Part shown: positions 13,031-26,292 of the stretch, piece after piece | Layout of the letters: each line of letters begins with the position of its first letter | Numbering within the stretch: position 1 is the first letter of the stretch | Assembly: GCA_051294905.1 (NCBI GenBank) | Contig: CM119371.1 | Location: 22,508,001 to 22,572,000, forward strand | Direction of reading: 5' to 3' | From: Botryllus schlosseri | Lineage: Eukaryota | Length of the DNA stretch: 64,000 nt | The notes under the pieces: generated by a model | What the model saw: only the letters and a program-made list of their open reading frames with translations | Databases searched by the model: none | What the model was told of the DNA's origin: nothing | Position numbers and translations under genes: made by a program

Positions 13031-14539
13031 CCTGAGATGCCAACTCATAGCACGGCCCACTTTTTGTGAGACCCTGCTTTTGAAGATCGGAGGACGAGTA
13101 TAGGAGCCTACATAAACCCCCAACACCTAGAAAGGCATTCTCGCCATCGAGAAATGAACTCATTTGGAAGTGATGTTCACGTTTACAAATTAGAATTTCC
13201 AACATAGCCATTCATATTGCGATTGTTAGGTAACGTGCTTGCACTGCAGGTAAAATGTTGGCTCAGGATTCAACGTTGTTGTAGGCGACAAATTCGAGAA
13301 TGGAGAGGTAAATTTGATCAAATTTTATCAGTTACAAATTTCCCAGCCGCTGAGGTTTATTATCCCGGTCTGTTGGAACCACAATTGAACTGCGGGTGGG
13401 TGCCAGTAACACTATAGGTATACTATCCTCACAGGTGCTATTACACGATCTGCGTGGAAATGCGTTTGGCATCCATGTATAATACACCTCTATACGCCTC
13501 TGTATTTGTTAGCGGCGATCGTGATTGGACTCTTCGATGCGACGGTTAATTACATCGACAATGCGGTAGTGGGCAGGCTTTAGATATCTGATGTAGGCTA
13601 CATATAGTAGTGCAGGGGTCACCAACGCTGTGCCCGCGGGCATCAGGTAGCCGGCGACGACCAGATGAGTAGCCCGCGACCCTTTTCTAAAAATAGATCA
13701 AATAGCAGCATTTACCAATATTCGTCAGATTATTAGCAGTGAGCTTTTGAATATATAGATTGATTGATTTAACTATTCTTGTTTAAATCACGCTAACATG
13801 TAACTTACAAATGACGATAGATATGTATAAACAACTTAAAATGATGATATCAAATATCCTCAATGACAATTAGTATAATATACCAACATGTAATAGAATC
13901 ACAAGATATCGAAGACGTAGGACACGGGGGTGCCTTTATTTTGTACATGCAAGCTAATGAAAAGCTAATGCAGCTAATTAAGCTAATGAAAAGCTAACGA
14001 AAAGCTAATTAAGCTAATGAAAAGCTAATGAAAAGCTAATCAAGCTAATGAAAAGCTAATTAGGCTAATGAAAAAGTAAGCTAATGAAAAGTAAGCTAAT
14101 GAAAAGCTAAGTAAGCTAATGAAAAGCTAAGTGAGCTAATGAAAGCTAATTAAGCTAATGAAATAGTCAGCTAATGAAAATTAAGCTAATGAAAAGCTTA
14201 TTAAGCTAATGAAAAGCTAATGAAGCTAATGAAAAGCTAATGAAACCAGCTAATGTAAAAATGAAACAAGGAAGAAAGTCCAGATTAGTAGTTTCCTCAT
14301 GTGATTCTGGATGTATCAAATCCAAATTTTGAAATCCACTTTTAGAATTTTTATCAAATTTAGATTTATAAGATGTTTTTTTTTCATTCAGATTTTAATC
14401 ATCTGGGTATTCGATTGTCAATAGTGCCAATTCAGATTCAGACCGACCAGTGGTTGTCAAATTTCTTAACCTCGCGACACCCTCTGTAAATGAAAAATAG
14501 TCCGCGACACCCTTGCACAGTGATTGTTTTGAGGTGTTC

Positions 14540-14798
14540 ATGGCGTGTGTCGACTGATATGGTCATGGTCATTTACACCAGGCAATTTTCTTCATTTCTA
14601 TTCCGTAGCGGCCGACTTGTACAACGGCCTACATTCTTGGCTTTTATAAGACACCGCTTACACGGATGAGATGGGGAGGAGGAGCCTAGATAAACCTCCA
14701 TCACCTAGGTAGGGATTCTGGAGTAGACCTCGGTCGGACTCGAACCCACAACCCATTGGTGTTGCAGCTGTGGATTATACCGCTACGTTATCTCGCCA
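14540..14798 (-). mobile_element. tRNA-derived SINE
   Basis: Head GGCGAGATAACGTAGCGGT...GGTTCGAGTCC (A/B boxes). Near-full copies at 36575-36885 (-) and 54208-54469 (+); partial copies ~15400-15520, 23170-23300, 30900-31025, 33420-33570. Confidence 0.8.
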
Positions 14799-15824
14799 CT
14801 ACATACAGCCGTGACGAAGTTTTCCTGCTTATTCGGTGCTAAAGTGCCAGCACGCCTAACAAGAGAATGTGACCGGTTATGTTTGCAAATTGAATTTGAT
14901 AGCGTGAACATGAACATCAACGACATTTCAAAGGGAGTTCATTTCTTGGTGGTAATTAGTTAGGAAGGAAGGCAAGGAGGATTTGAAAACACCATTGTCT
15001 CACAAGCGCCAGCATGCCTGCTATCAATCAACGCATCGTACAAAACTGGATTAACCCGTTTCGGCACGAGGAATTCGCGTGGATATTGGTTGCGGGCATC
15101 ACAGTAATTTTGATTTTACAAATAAACTTCCCATCATGATCGACAGATTATAATTTAGATTATTGATCGTTTTCTTTAGAACTGAATCATTCTGCGCATA
15201 ATTTCAAAATTGGGAAGACTTCTTTTTCGTTACCTTTGCGAAACCTAAATGACGTACTAGTGAGACTCGGCACCATTGTCATCCTGATAATGAGCAATTG
15301 GTTGGGAGTTCGATTCAGGCCGAAGTCGGCTCCAGTATTCCTACCCAAGTGTTTCTGGTTTATGTTGGGTGTAGGCTTGTACTGCTCGTACGAACCGCGT
15401 AGACGGTGTCTTGCAAAAGCCCCGACCCATAGTCGGCGGATCAGGAACCGTAATAACGAATACCACCCTGGTGTAAAATGACCATACTGTAGTAGTAGAA
15501 ACACCATTAATACCAACCTACTACGTTAGTGTGACCACTGATAAGTGTGACTAACTGTTTCTAACATTAATTTTGTAATTCACATTTGTACGTGTACTTG
15601 AGGTAGAGTTTCAACGTCACCACAGAGTTAACATGTGTTTATCAAAGAACCTCATTGTGACGTCCCCTCGCTTTAGAAATTGTGGAAAATTTGCAACTTT
15701 CCCCGCGTGGCAGTGCTCGTAGCAATCCAATTGGGGTCATCATTCGAGGTAGCGAAGGACAGTGGAAAGGATAGCAATTCTTATTGTTTTTACCCGCAAC
15801 AACGTTGCGTTTTCGTCTTGGATT

Positions 15825-15985
15825 ATGTCTCATCCTTGTACTGTTTGTGGACTTGATCGTTTAAGTCCGACGAGTTCGTCGAATGCTACGAATGCAACAG
15901 ATACTTCCACTGTTCTTGTGCGAAAATCGGTAGCTTCAATGAGCGGAAAATCCAGATTTTCATATGTCGCTGTTGCATATTCTTC
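15825..15985 (+). pseudogene. Frameshifted PHD finger at the start of the MULE coding region
   Basis: MSHPCTVCGLDRL / DEFVECYECNRYFHCSCAKIG...FICRCC gives C4-H-C3 spacing across one frameshift near 15865. Confidence 0.75.
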
Positions 15986-16677
15986 GAAGGTGGACATTGC
16001 GACATATTAGAGCAAATCCGGAACATTGTACAGCTATAAAACGGATACTTCGTTTGTATAAAGTACTCGATCCTGATCGGAGCATGCCAAATGAGGCAGC
16101 AGTAGTGGATGAGGTTTTACTTATGATTTTGAAGCAGTTTCATTATATCATCACCACGGATCACACGGCCTTGCGAGTTGATGGCGATGGGAATTGTTTT
16201 TACCGCGCAATGTCACTTGCCTTATACGGCACTGCGAAACACCACTTGCGCTTGAGGCTTCTGACCGCGCTCGAAATTATTGAGTATCCGAAATATTATG
16301 ACGAAGACGCAGAGGGATTTGTTGACCTTATAGCTGACATTCGAATTGTGTCATCGCCTTATGCCCGTCTGGTACAAAAAGCAAGTATTCCGGGGCATTG
16401 GTCCGAGATGATGCATATTTACGCATTGAGTGCCGCCCTTGGCTCCGCGATTCGCTCATATTATCCGTCAACATTGGCAAATGAATACCTGACAGAACCG
16501 TTCACGCGCAAATGTTGCGGCCGGGGTGTGTCGAAATTTGCCATACCAGTTGCGACTCTGATGTGGACACAAACTACCGTGCCCACGACAAGCAATCCAT
16601 TTCGACCGAATCACTTCGTGACAATCATCAAAATCACCGATCTAATTTCAAGTTATCCAGATAGTTTATGCGAATGA
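15964..16677 (+). CDS. OTU-like (Vertnin-like) cysteine protease domain carried by the MULE
   Basis: VDGDGNCFYRAMSLALYG catalytic Cys motif, W..MMHIYALS..L, terminal PNHFV His motif. Confidence 0.8.
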   Translation: MSLLHILRRWTLRHIRANPEHCTAIKRILRLYKVLDPDRSMPNEAAVVDEVLLMILKQFHYIITTDHTALRVDGDGNCFYRAMSLALYGTAKHHLRLRLLTALEIIEYPKYYDEDAEGFVDLIADIRIVSSPYARLVQKASIPGHWSEMMHIYALSAALGSAIRSYYPSTLANEYLTEPFTRKCCGRGVSKFAIPVATLMWTQTTVPTTSNPFRPNHFVTIIKITDLISSYPDSLCE

Positions 16678-16917
16678 AAACTGAAATTGGAGGATCAGAA
16701 AAGCGACATTGATAAGCTGGATATACGCGAAAAAGACGACATTGCGACAAGCCGAACATACGCGAACAAGACGACTTCAAAACGTTTCATAGGAGCGAAC
16801 TTGGCGATGTGAATGCTAATAAACAACATCATTCGCTCCTAGAAAGCAGTATCCCAAGTGAAGATTCGCCAATTGACCAAATGAATTCGGAACAGATGAA
16901 TTCTGTAATGGGAGAAG

Positions 16918-17784
16918 TTGCTGACGGAGACAAAACCAAATCCGATTTTCATCGGCCCCGTATATCTCCACCATAGGTCAGATAGAGGGATATTTAACGA
17001 CTTCTTCAGTCATCTTAGCTCCGTTATAGGAGGTACTTTCGATCACCTTATCGTGGGGACAGACGACGAGATTGCACTACACTCAGCAATAGAAAATTCG
17101 TTCAAAAACTGCAAGCACGTTCTCTGTGTCAATAATTTAAAGACAAATTTGGTCGACAAACTTCAGGACGGCATCGGTGCAAGCAAGCATTTGAGAAAAA
17201 GTCTGGTAAATCAAGTCTTCCATCTGTTGGATAGCAAGGACGAAATTGAATTTAATCGAAGAGAAGAAGACCTACTCACTAGGTGTCACAGCATATGCCC
17301 ATTGCTGGTCACATACTTACAAAATAGATTGCTACCGTTGTTGCGAAAAAAGGTCTGGCAAATGCGTAGCTTTATCGGCGCCGAGCACAAATGGTTCACC
17401 AATAACATCTGCGAGAGCATGAACTATGTTCTCAAGCGATTGACAGATTGGAAAAAGAAAAAGTTACCAGATCTAATTAATCTACTCAAATCAGCGATCA
17501 CTTCACAATACTTGGATGTACGAAAGAGTATCACAGGCCGTGGTACATTTACCCTCGCTGAGAATTGTAAAAAGTATTTGGTATCTCCTTGGGATTGGGA
17601 CGACATGCCAAAAGACGAGCAAGACCGTTCATTTCAGCAGTTAATGAATTTTCCTGCCCCGGCAGCCTATAAGCTGCCTATATCATTATCACTCTCCACT
17701 GATGTCCAATTGATGGCACATAATCCTTCGAAGCGAAGTGGCAGCAAGTCAGGAGAAACTAAATGTAAAAGAAAAGTTCGTTGA
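16918..17784 (+). CDS. MULE transposase, N-terminally truncated (defective)
   Basis: VGTDDEIAL (second D), HVLCVNNLK (CxxH motif with His lost), FTNNICESMNYVLK (E); first D region absent. Confidence 0.8.
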   Translation: MLTETKPNPIFIGPVYLHHRSDRGIFNDFFSHLSSVIGGTFDHLIVGTDDEIALHSAIENSFKNCKHVLCVNNLKTNLVDKLQDGIGASKHLRKSLVNQVFHLLDSKDEIEFNRREEDLLTRCHSICPLLVTYLQNRLLPLLRKKVWQMRSFIGAEHKWFTNNICESMNYVLKRLTDWKKKKLPDLINLLKSAITSQYLDVRKSITGRGTFTLAENCKKYLVSPWDWDDMPKDEQDRSFQQLMNFPAPAAYKLPISLSLSTDVQLMAHNPSKRSGSKSGETKCKRKVR

Positions 17785-18801
17785 GCTGTAACTAACGAAA
17801 ATCAAGTTCATAAATGCACGGTACATTTGCAGCAATTGTGCCTATACTGCCAGCATGAGCATGTACAACATGTACAAAGCGATACTTTGAACTCCTCTGC
17901 AAGTTTCGATTTTTATTGTATGATATTTACGCGTGGTGGAAATCTTCTCTGATTTCGATTTTCTGTCTGCGAGTACTGAAATCCCTGGCCATATTGGCGT
18001 ATTTCCTTTCGTTGTCGTAATTTTCTGCAAGTGACTGCTCAGTTTCGTTTTATATGATGCTATATTTTTCAATACAGTGTTACGCTTGCTCGTGTTACAA
18101 AACTGAAAATTACCACCCAATGGAATGAACATGAAAGATGAGATAGCGTATTTCGGTTTCTCCCGAATGTGGGGTTGCCTCAACGAACCGGTGATCCGCT
18201 AAAGGAGTTGACAGATTTTTTCACGACGGATTCGTTTTCTGTCGTTATCGTACCTTTTTACCCAGACTGGATATCGGCACTGGTGTTACGCGCCTGCGGC
18301 TATGGGATGTCGGGACAGCTATCATTTAGTAGAGTAGAGGTTTAACCAGAGCAAACAGTTCTATAACTGGTTTAGTTAAGCAATGTAGGGTCAATATAAT
18401 TTGTAAAGAGAAAGCTGCGTTTTCATTGACACAATGTTCAACCAAAAAGCGGCGATGTGTATGGTAGTTTCAAATATATTAATTTATCATAGTCATTGGG
18501 AACGATAAAGTAGCAACATTTTCATAGTCGTAAATGAGTATATCACGAGTATTTTCAATAATATTGCGAGATAGTACTCGAAGCATAGTTTATCCATAAA
18601 TGAGGCTGGCATTGATGTCGGTTATTAATTATTATTTCAAAGATACCAATTCAGCGTCAATCAACAAACGCACACATTTCGCAATTGCAATCAGCCAAGT
18701 TTTTCGATGTGTGATGTTCAATTAGCTTCCTTGTTACATTAGCTTCATTGGTTTTTCATTGGCTTGTTTCATTAGCTTTTCATTAGCTTCATTAGCTTAA
18801 T

Positions 18802-20896
18802 GGGGCTGTTCCACTTCATTTTGAACACGCGGTGGCGACAAAGGTAACTCGACCCAAATCTGTTTTGTTGCTATATGCTTTACTATGGGAATGGACTAAA
18901 CATGGGCCGAATTTCGTCTCTTGGCGTACAACGAGGATGGTGAAAGTATCCATATCAATATAAATCATCCATATGGATATCAAATAACTGTTAGCCGACG
19001 AAAATGAATCTATTTCTTGGCGTCTTGTCCTCGTGCTGGACATTTGCACCTGGCAGGTTGCAGCTTACCGATACATTGCTATAAATTTTCCGAGAGTCGT
19101 TGATATGGCAAGTGTTATATGCCTCATTGTGTAAGGATGACGGTCATTTGATCGCAGAAGATGCATCAATTAGAAACAAAAAGTTATAAGGAGGATGGGT
19201 TCCGTTTACGAAGAAGAGGTATGGATGCCTGGTCCTCTCCTGGAAAAGTAGTCTGCAGAATATCATTTCACCAGCATGATTTATCCTGCTTCCGCTGCAG
19301 TAAATCAGTACCCCCATGAGTGTTGTGTGTTGTGGAAAATTATGCTATGTACATTGTACATTTGCTGCTGTGAGGTCCTACAACATATAAAAATCATGCT
19401 TTTGAATTACAATGAAGCTGATGAAACTTCAGTCAAGACAGCCTCATCTATTCTGTTTTCAATAAAAGAGGTTGCAGAGGAGACGTCAGTGTCAAAAGCT
19501 GTTGCAAAAGAATAGACCGTACAAGTCATCAGTCACGGCATCTTGTTCTGACAATTCAACAATTCGGAAAAGGGGATAGCTGAATCTACGGAGATTCACC
19601 CGTTATTGAAAGAAGCATACTCTATAGTTGATAGTGTAAAGCAACCATCATTCCAATTATAAATCCTGAACACTCAGCACTGTCGGATATTGAAAGCATG
19701 GCGTCATTTGTGTACTTCCAACTGAAAGACTTGGCAATCAGGCTTAGTTGTAAGACAACTATCTCATATTACCGGTACTTCAACAAAACAGGACTATTGT
19801 CGGTTGCTCACTACATGGACTCTTATTATACGTATCTGATTATCTGATACCTATTATGTTGGTAGCACAACGAACTTTGCTACAACCTTCAAGATTTTCA
19901 AGTACAAACTCGATGATCAAAAATGACCAAGGCTCACAAGCTCATATTTGTGTTTTATAATTCTTGGATATGGTAATGCTATTTGTAACAATTTGGTTTA
20001 CACCATAGTATTTTGCTTTTTGTCCCAGTCCCATACATGGGTTTCTCAAATAGCAGGTTGACATTCCTTCTTCCTAAGAATTATGTTAATGTGTAATAAT
20101 GAGCATGCATAAATCCGTTGCTTAGAATGTTATAATCCAATGTTTATGTGCTTACCATACTATTTATTTTCGGGTCGGGCAAAAAAATATTCGAGAACCT
20201 TTGCTTTATAGACTATATACGCTTTGCTACTTCAGTTTATAACTGTTCCATTTTATTCAACAAAATAACGGTAACAATACAACTGGTACATCCTTTAATT
20301 GTCAATGATCAGAGAGGATGAGATCTATCGTTGGTATTATTAGTATTATAACTGCTACAATACTACTGGTACACTGTTTAATTGTCAATCATGAGAAAGG
20401 ATGAGATCTAGTTGGTATTATTAGTATTTTATCAGTTAAAAAACCAACAGATAGTGATGAGATTGAAGAATAGGAAGGTATTGGAAGGACATTAAGTCTT
20501 TCAACCAGACAGCTATTTGGTTAAGGTAATAATATATCTAGAAAGGGTTTGTGTTGAACCCAGTCCAACCTGGTGTAGTATTGGGCGCTAAATGGCGAAA
20601 ATGATAATGATAGAACCATTGCAGTTGGTGATAAGGATAGAATCATAATTTCAGCACTTCCATCACGAGGACAAGACGCCAAGAAATAGCATCATTTCGT
20701 CATCTAACAGCGATTTGATATGCATATGGATGATTTAAGTTGATATGGATACTTTCACCATCCTCGTTGTACGTCAAGAGACGAAATTAGGTCGATGTTT
20801 AGTCCAGTCCCATAGTAAAGTATGTAGCAACAAAACAGATTTGGGTCGAGTTACCTTTGTCGCCACCGCGTGTTCAAAATGAAGTGGAACAGCCCC
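18802..20896 (+). mobile_element. ISL2EU (PIF/Harbinger-related) degenerate element nested in the MULE right TIR array
   Basis: ~240-bp TIRs beginning GGGGCTGTTCCACTTC; 2-bp AT duplication splitting a host GCTTAATTAGC unit; decayed THAP-like motifs (KCYMPHC...W...VVCR..HF) at ~19105-19270. Confidence 0.7.
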
Positions 20897-21754
20897 ATTA
20901 GCTTTCCAACAGCTTCATTAGCTTTTCATTAGCTTACTTTCCATTAGCTTACTTTTTCATTAGCTTAATTAGCTTTTCATTAGCTTAATTAGCTTTTCAT
21001 TAGCTTAATTAGCTGCATTAGCTTTTCATTAGGTTGCATGTACAAAGTAAAGGCACCCGGACACGGCGCACTGCCTATACAGGCGACATGACGGAATCCC
21101 ATCCACGGTCTTCTTGAAATGGCCGGGGGTTCCGTTATGGTAGCTCGACGTCCAGGACAATGCCAAAGTAGTAAACAACGTACTATTCGGTAGCAGATAG
21201 CCGTGAAGTACTAGCGGATTTTCAATATCTGTATGCCCATTACGTATTGCATATTTTGACACAGCTTGTTTCTCTTACACTACTCAACGCAGTGTAGTAT
21301 CATGTTTCTAACTTACTGTAATCGTTGCTGCTGTCAGGTATAAGGGAATTTGTCACATCTGGATGCTGAGCAGTTGAAACTGAAATTGTATCACTGCAAA
21401 ATGACCTCCACCTCAAAGCCCATCAGGCTGCAGCAAACTTTTGTGCCTTGTTGACATGGAAAAGTACAGTGGTGTATGCGTAAGGGCCGCAGCTATGAAG
21501 ATTGCAAGCGTGTTTGGTTCAACTTATCGTTGTGAATCAGCCTTTTCGGACATGATATTCATCAAAAACTAACACAGAACACGCCGCACGAATGCACATC
21601 TGGAACATTCACTCAGAGTTGCAGTGTCAAGTTACATACCAGAGTACAGTGCTGCACTAGTTGATTGCACGCAATGCCAGGCTGCCCACTAGGGTTGTCC
21701 ATAATTTGGAAAATCTTTAAAATGCTCCGTTTTAATGTCTTATTCTAAAGATTA

Positions 21755-21960
21755 CACTGGTCAACACATATTTTTAGGCGGACAAAGTATAAGTGGTTTT
21801 GTGGGTTCTGAAGGGCACTGATTCCGAATATGACCTTAGTTTTTTCAAATTGGATCTTGTTGTGGAGATAACCCATTGGGCTATTTTCACCAAAATCCCT
21901 CATTTTCGCGGTAATGACTAGATATAAAATGGGGGGTGGTGTAAGTTTAGAAGGCGAATG
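21755..21960. mobile_element. Chapaev3-type terminal fragment
   Basis: TTA|CACTGGTCAACACATATTTTTAGG is the reverse complement of the end at 41282, which adjoins a Chapaev3 transposase remnant. Confidence 0.6.
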
Positions 21961-22697
21961 CTGCGTGGTTTTGAAATGATTGACGAATAAAGCAGCTAAA
22001 TAATGAGTAAAATTGCAAAATCCATTTCCATCATGGCAACTTAGGGTCGTCGGTCTATTTAATTAGCTGTACCGGAAAATTATATTGTTGATCCTGCACA
22101 GCAATGGACTAATCTAGCAGTCGGCAGAATCCCTAGAAAGCGTGGTTCATTGTGTGCTGTCAGAACTACGAAGGATCTGAGCGATTATTGCTCACTGCCA
22201 GATGTGATGGCTTTTTGAGAAAAACTGTATTGCGTGACTTTATTCTCCGCTTCAAACGATCATGGATTATCCACAATGCTGGGACCGATGCCTTCGACCC
22301 GACGTTCTGGTTACGAGAAACAATGTCCCTTCTAGGTCTACTTGACGGGCATACTCTCCAAAGTTTAGGAGTAGCCTACATATTTTCCTTCTTAGTATTA
22401 ATGAAACCTAATAAAGATGAAAGCGGCACTGCTCGGATTCATTTATAAGCTCGCGTTATTTCACGGAAACTTTGCGAGACTGCTCCAATTTTCATGCTTG
22501 GACGAGCTACCGGTCCAGCTCGAATACTCGATTTTGACGAATAAGAAGCATGAATTATTCGTAGTAAAAAACTGCACAAGGATATTGTGATTTGATTCCG
22601 GGATATATTCCCATTGGAATTTCCTTTCCCGATTATCGATCCATTCTCTTAAGTTTCCGAGCATTAAATGATGAGCCGATTACATTATAGTGTAGGA

Positions 22698-23543
22698 CAG
22701 GGGCGGGCAACTTCTCTAGTCGGCGGGCCGGATATAGGAAAATTAAGTACTTGGCGGGCCGGATTGCTGAATCGATATATTATTCGCCCATTTATCCACG
22801 TATACAAGGAGGAACGAATCGTATTTAATGAATGTATTTTAACGACAGCAATGTCGCTTAAAAGCCATTTCTCGCCGATAATGGCGAAGAAAATGTGAAT
22901 TTGAGAATAACATTGTTATACAGGCGCCGCCATCTTTGCTTCTCTCTGATCAACCAACACACGGTGCAATCCCTAATTAAGATTTCAAGACGTTCAATAA
23001 GCCCGGTAACCCTAATTTACCAAGATATCAATCCATAAGGGTTGATTAGGTGACAAGATAGCGTCGTTGTTCAACTGTGTGGCCTAATTATTCTCGATAT
23101 TGAATTCATGCGGCCCGCATCCTCTACGAAATTTGAAAAGTGGCCTACGACCCGCTTTGAGTCGGAGACCACTGGCATAAGCGGTGCCTTACAAAAGCCT
23201 AGAAGTGTGCCATGCTCCAAGTCGGTGGTTGGAATCCAAAATAAGAAATATCAGCCTGGTGTAAATGACCATTGTAGTCGACAAAAATCATGATTACCAC
23301 AGACGACATTAGGGTTGAGTGCATCGTAAATGCCGATAATGCAAGTCTTCTCGCTTCGACGAACTTATGCGTAAGCTCTACTCTCGCAACGCTGCGCAAT
23401 GTGCATACACGTATATAATAACATACAGTCACTAAAATTTGACGTAGTAAGCAAGTAGTGGGGAATCTCATCAGACTGGGCCGCGGGTCACATTATCATG
23501 TAAGACGGAAAACTGTCCGCGGGCCGTATGTTGCCCGCCCCTG
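22698..23543. mobile_element. hAT MITE (family also at 38801-39546 and 55535-56201)
   Basis: TIR CAGGGGCGGGCAAC; TSD GTGTAGGA/GTGTAAGA; contains a SINE fragment. Confidence 0.85.
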
Positions 23544-25179
23544 GTGTAAGAAGAACACTTTTGAGCGCAAACTGAAGTTCAGTGTCTCTAATCAATCGTT
23601 CTGGATGCACAATTAAATAAAATAGAAATACTCTCACTGGTGTCGGGTTGACTTTTTTGTCGCTGCCCTTGTCTCCTCATATTTGATATAACGTATTGTC
23701 AGTGCCATAACAAGGTTTCTGACTCAGAGCAGAAACCGATTTGACAGAACGGGACGTGGAGACTGACAGAACGGGACGTGGAGACTGGAGATTTTAGAAT
23801 TAGTTTGTTCTTCCAGAATTAGCTTTAATAAATGCAGAACAACTTTCGTTTGATTTAGGCGAGGTGAGGGAGTTCGAGGGCCACCGGCACTTTATTCGTT
23901 GTTCATGAAAGCGCCAGCTCAAAAAGTTTGGGAAACACTGCTGTAAGTGCACCATCCAATCGCACAGCGACATTCTTAACAGCTTATGATTAAATTTAAT
24001 GTCAGAGCATAACGGGGAAATGGATAACACGAAACGAAACAACATAACAAAGAAATGGAGTAGTTTACCAAAAATCAAACACCAATCAGTTGGATGAGTG
24101 GATTGATTTTGCGAAATTTTGAAATCCTTGCCGGAGATCTTCCACGGTATGAAAGAAACTGGCTTGCTTTTTCTGTCGTCAGATTTGTGCATAACGTGGT
24201 CGGTATTTAGTTTTTATAATACTCGCTGTGGCATCGTTAAGGTCTTGAACATTATTCACGAATTCCCGAGCAATCATTCTCGAGGGGGGTCGAAAATTAT
24301 GTCGTGATTTAACATCATTCACAGAGTATTTTTTGGAAATTCATGCAACTGTTTCGAAATTGTTTTCGCGCCTTCGTGATCGTAACTTCTGAAGGTTGTG
24401 CCGCTTTGATCGGCTGTATCAGGTACCGCATGACAGTAGGCATATATGCCGCATACTATAGCCATCGCAATAAACACCCTTTTTTTATATTCTGCAGAAC
24501 AATTTGAGTGGATTTAATGTATGCGGTCCAACGTCACAGACACTGGATGAATTTTGCATCAATGTAATCGATTGATTGTTACGATCGCCATTATATTGAA
24601 ACGTAATCGCGGTTACTAGTGGCGAATACATCCTAGTCACAGCACGATATTTTGCTATGATGTATTTTTTGTGTACCTGAACGGTACATATATATGGTCT
24701 TCTAACGTATCTTCACAAAAGAAATGTTTCGCATTCGCAATAAAAAGCTATTAAGGTAGCAGTATATATGAGATAGTGCGGGGCTGAATGTTATGATTTC
24801 ATTGGATATACTGTAATATATTCATATTGCGATAAACCGGAATAGTTACGGCTGACACTCGTCAGCGTCAGAGTTAATCGTCAGCAGCTATGGCAGGGAT
24901 TTCAGAATAACTATTTGCTTACAATAACCCCATGGTGACTGGCTAGTCTCGGCTTCATTTCACTGCGAATGTATTGTTCAATTTTATATCGAAGTTGTGC
25001 ATCTCAAAAACTCTCTTCAAATGTTGTGACTCTCATAAGAGCCTCTAATAATCCCTTGGCGATATTCTGGCCATCGATCCAATTGAGTTTCGGTATTTGT
25101 AAATTAAGGTAAAGCCATTGTGTTTATCATCGCGTTTCGTGAGTTTCGATTAAATTACGACAACGCGGTTGGTCTAGCA

Positions 25180-26292
25180 TAGGGTTACCATATTTTTGTG
25201 AAGCAAATTCCGGACACTGTTTAGCGCCCACTAGCGGATTTTAAAATGAGGTGTAGCACATTATCCGTCAATATGATGTCACACTAGCCAAGCATTGCCC
25301 ATCGACTGTATAATACACAAGAATGAAGTGTAACATAGGTCATGAATTGGGCCATCTGTAATGTGATCTCTGGTGATTGCTACTTGCTAGGGTCTACAAT
25401 AGATTTCTTCACGCGCCGGATGAAATCGTCTGGCGGGCTGTGTCTGGCCTGTCGGTATTGTGTTTGACAGCCCTGCAATACTGTTTGGTCGGTGTGGCTA
25501 TATCTGGTTATGTGTTTAATCAGGTCCTAAACAACATTTTTCTGTCCCCTCCGCCCAAAAAAGTACTGATCTAGGGCCCACCATAGGGATGTCGATGTAA
25601 CTTTTTGGGCACTTAGTATATGCATTTGGTTGTTAAATTTTATGTATGAATTCTGTCAATAATATTAATTATTCCATGTATTAGGCCACTATAAAATGCA
25701 CCAGCAGGTTTCGCCGGTGATTTCCAACTATTTATGGTCGCGACCTCATTTCCAACTTGAAAATGTTCCGTGGCAAAGTTCAAAACTTGATAAGCTGATT
25801 ACTAAAAAATATTCAGCTTGCCCAAACGGCCTAGGAAGCTGATTACGTCCAACATCATAGCGATCCCCAGATAAAGGTAAACGAACCCAAGATTTGGAGC
25901 CACTGTCTGTGACTGAAGCATCCAATCGGCCTTAACCAACTCTAGGAATACACCGTTAGCTTATAATTGCAATAACAATCAAACTCATTTCAGTAAATGA
26001 TGGTTATTTATATTTATATTGATAGCATTTTTCGGCGAGGGTGGTGCCTGGTGCCCATACTAATATCATTATACGTTGTATTACCTCACACGCGGTGCGA
26101 AGGAAAATCTTGAATAGCATAAATCTGCTTGAAAATTGTATTGTTCATGTTGATTTATGAAAAACTTTTGAGCCTGCTTCAAGCCTTCAAAATTCCGGAC
26201 ATTTGGGCATATTTTAGAAATTCCTCCCGGACGCAGATTTTTCAGTGAAATTCCGGACATGTCCGGTAAATTCCGGACGTATGGCAACCCTA
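25180..26292. mobile_element. hAT MITE
   Basis: TIR TAGGGTT(A/G)CCATA with TTCCGGAC subterminal repeats; perfect TSD GTCTAGCA. Confidence 0.9.

Larger units (their letters stand above)
13928..21058 (+). mobile_element. MULE/Mutator-like transposon with foldback-type TIRs
   Basis: TIR GGGTGCCTTTA(T/C)TTTGTACATGCAA followed by AAGCTAATGAA tandem arrays (13950-14255; inverse at ~18720-18800 and 20897-21035); 8-bp TSD GGACACGG; contains a MULE transposase remnant. Confidence 0.9.
13613..21691 (+). mobile_element. Deleted Buster/SPIN-like hAT element, split by the MULE
   Basis: Left TIR CAGGGGTCACCAAC at 13613; transposase C-terminal remnant ~21350-21691 (KIASVFGSTYRCESAFSDMIFIKN*HRTRRTNAHLEHSLRVAVSSYIPEY). 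Right TIR not found, so joining the two parts is inferred. Confidence 0.55.

Noticed and set aside
13950..14255. CRISPR-like repeat array (AAGCTAATGAA)
   Set aside because: No unique spacers; mirrored at the other end of the element, so it is a MULE subterminal array in a eukaryotic genome.
22150..22450. 3' end of an L1/Tx1-type element (RFKRSW)
   Set aside because: Only a short motif resemblance; insufficient to call without a search.
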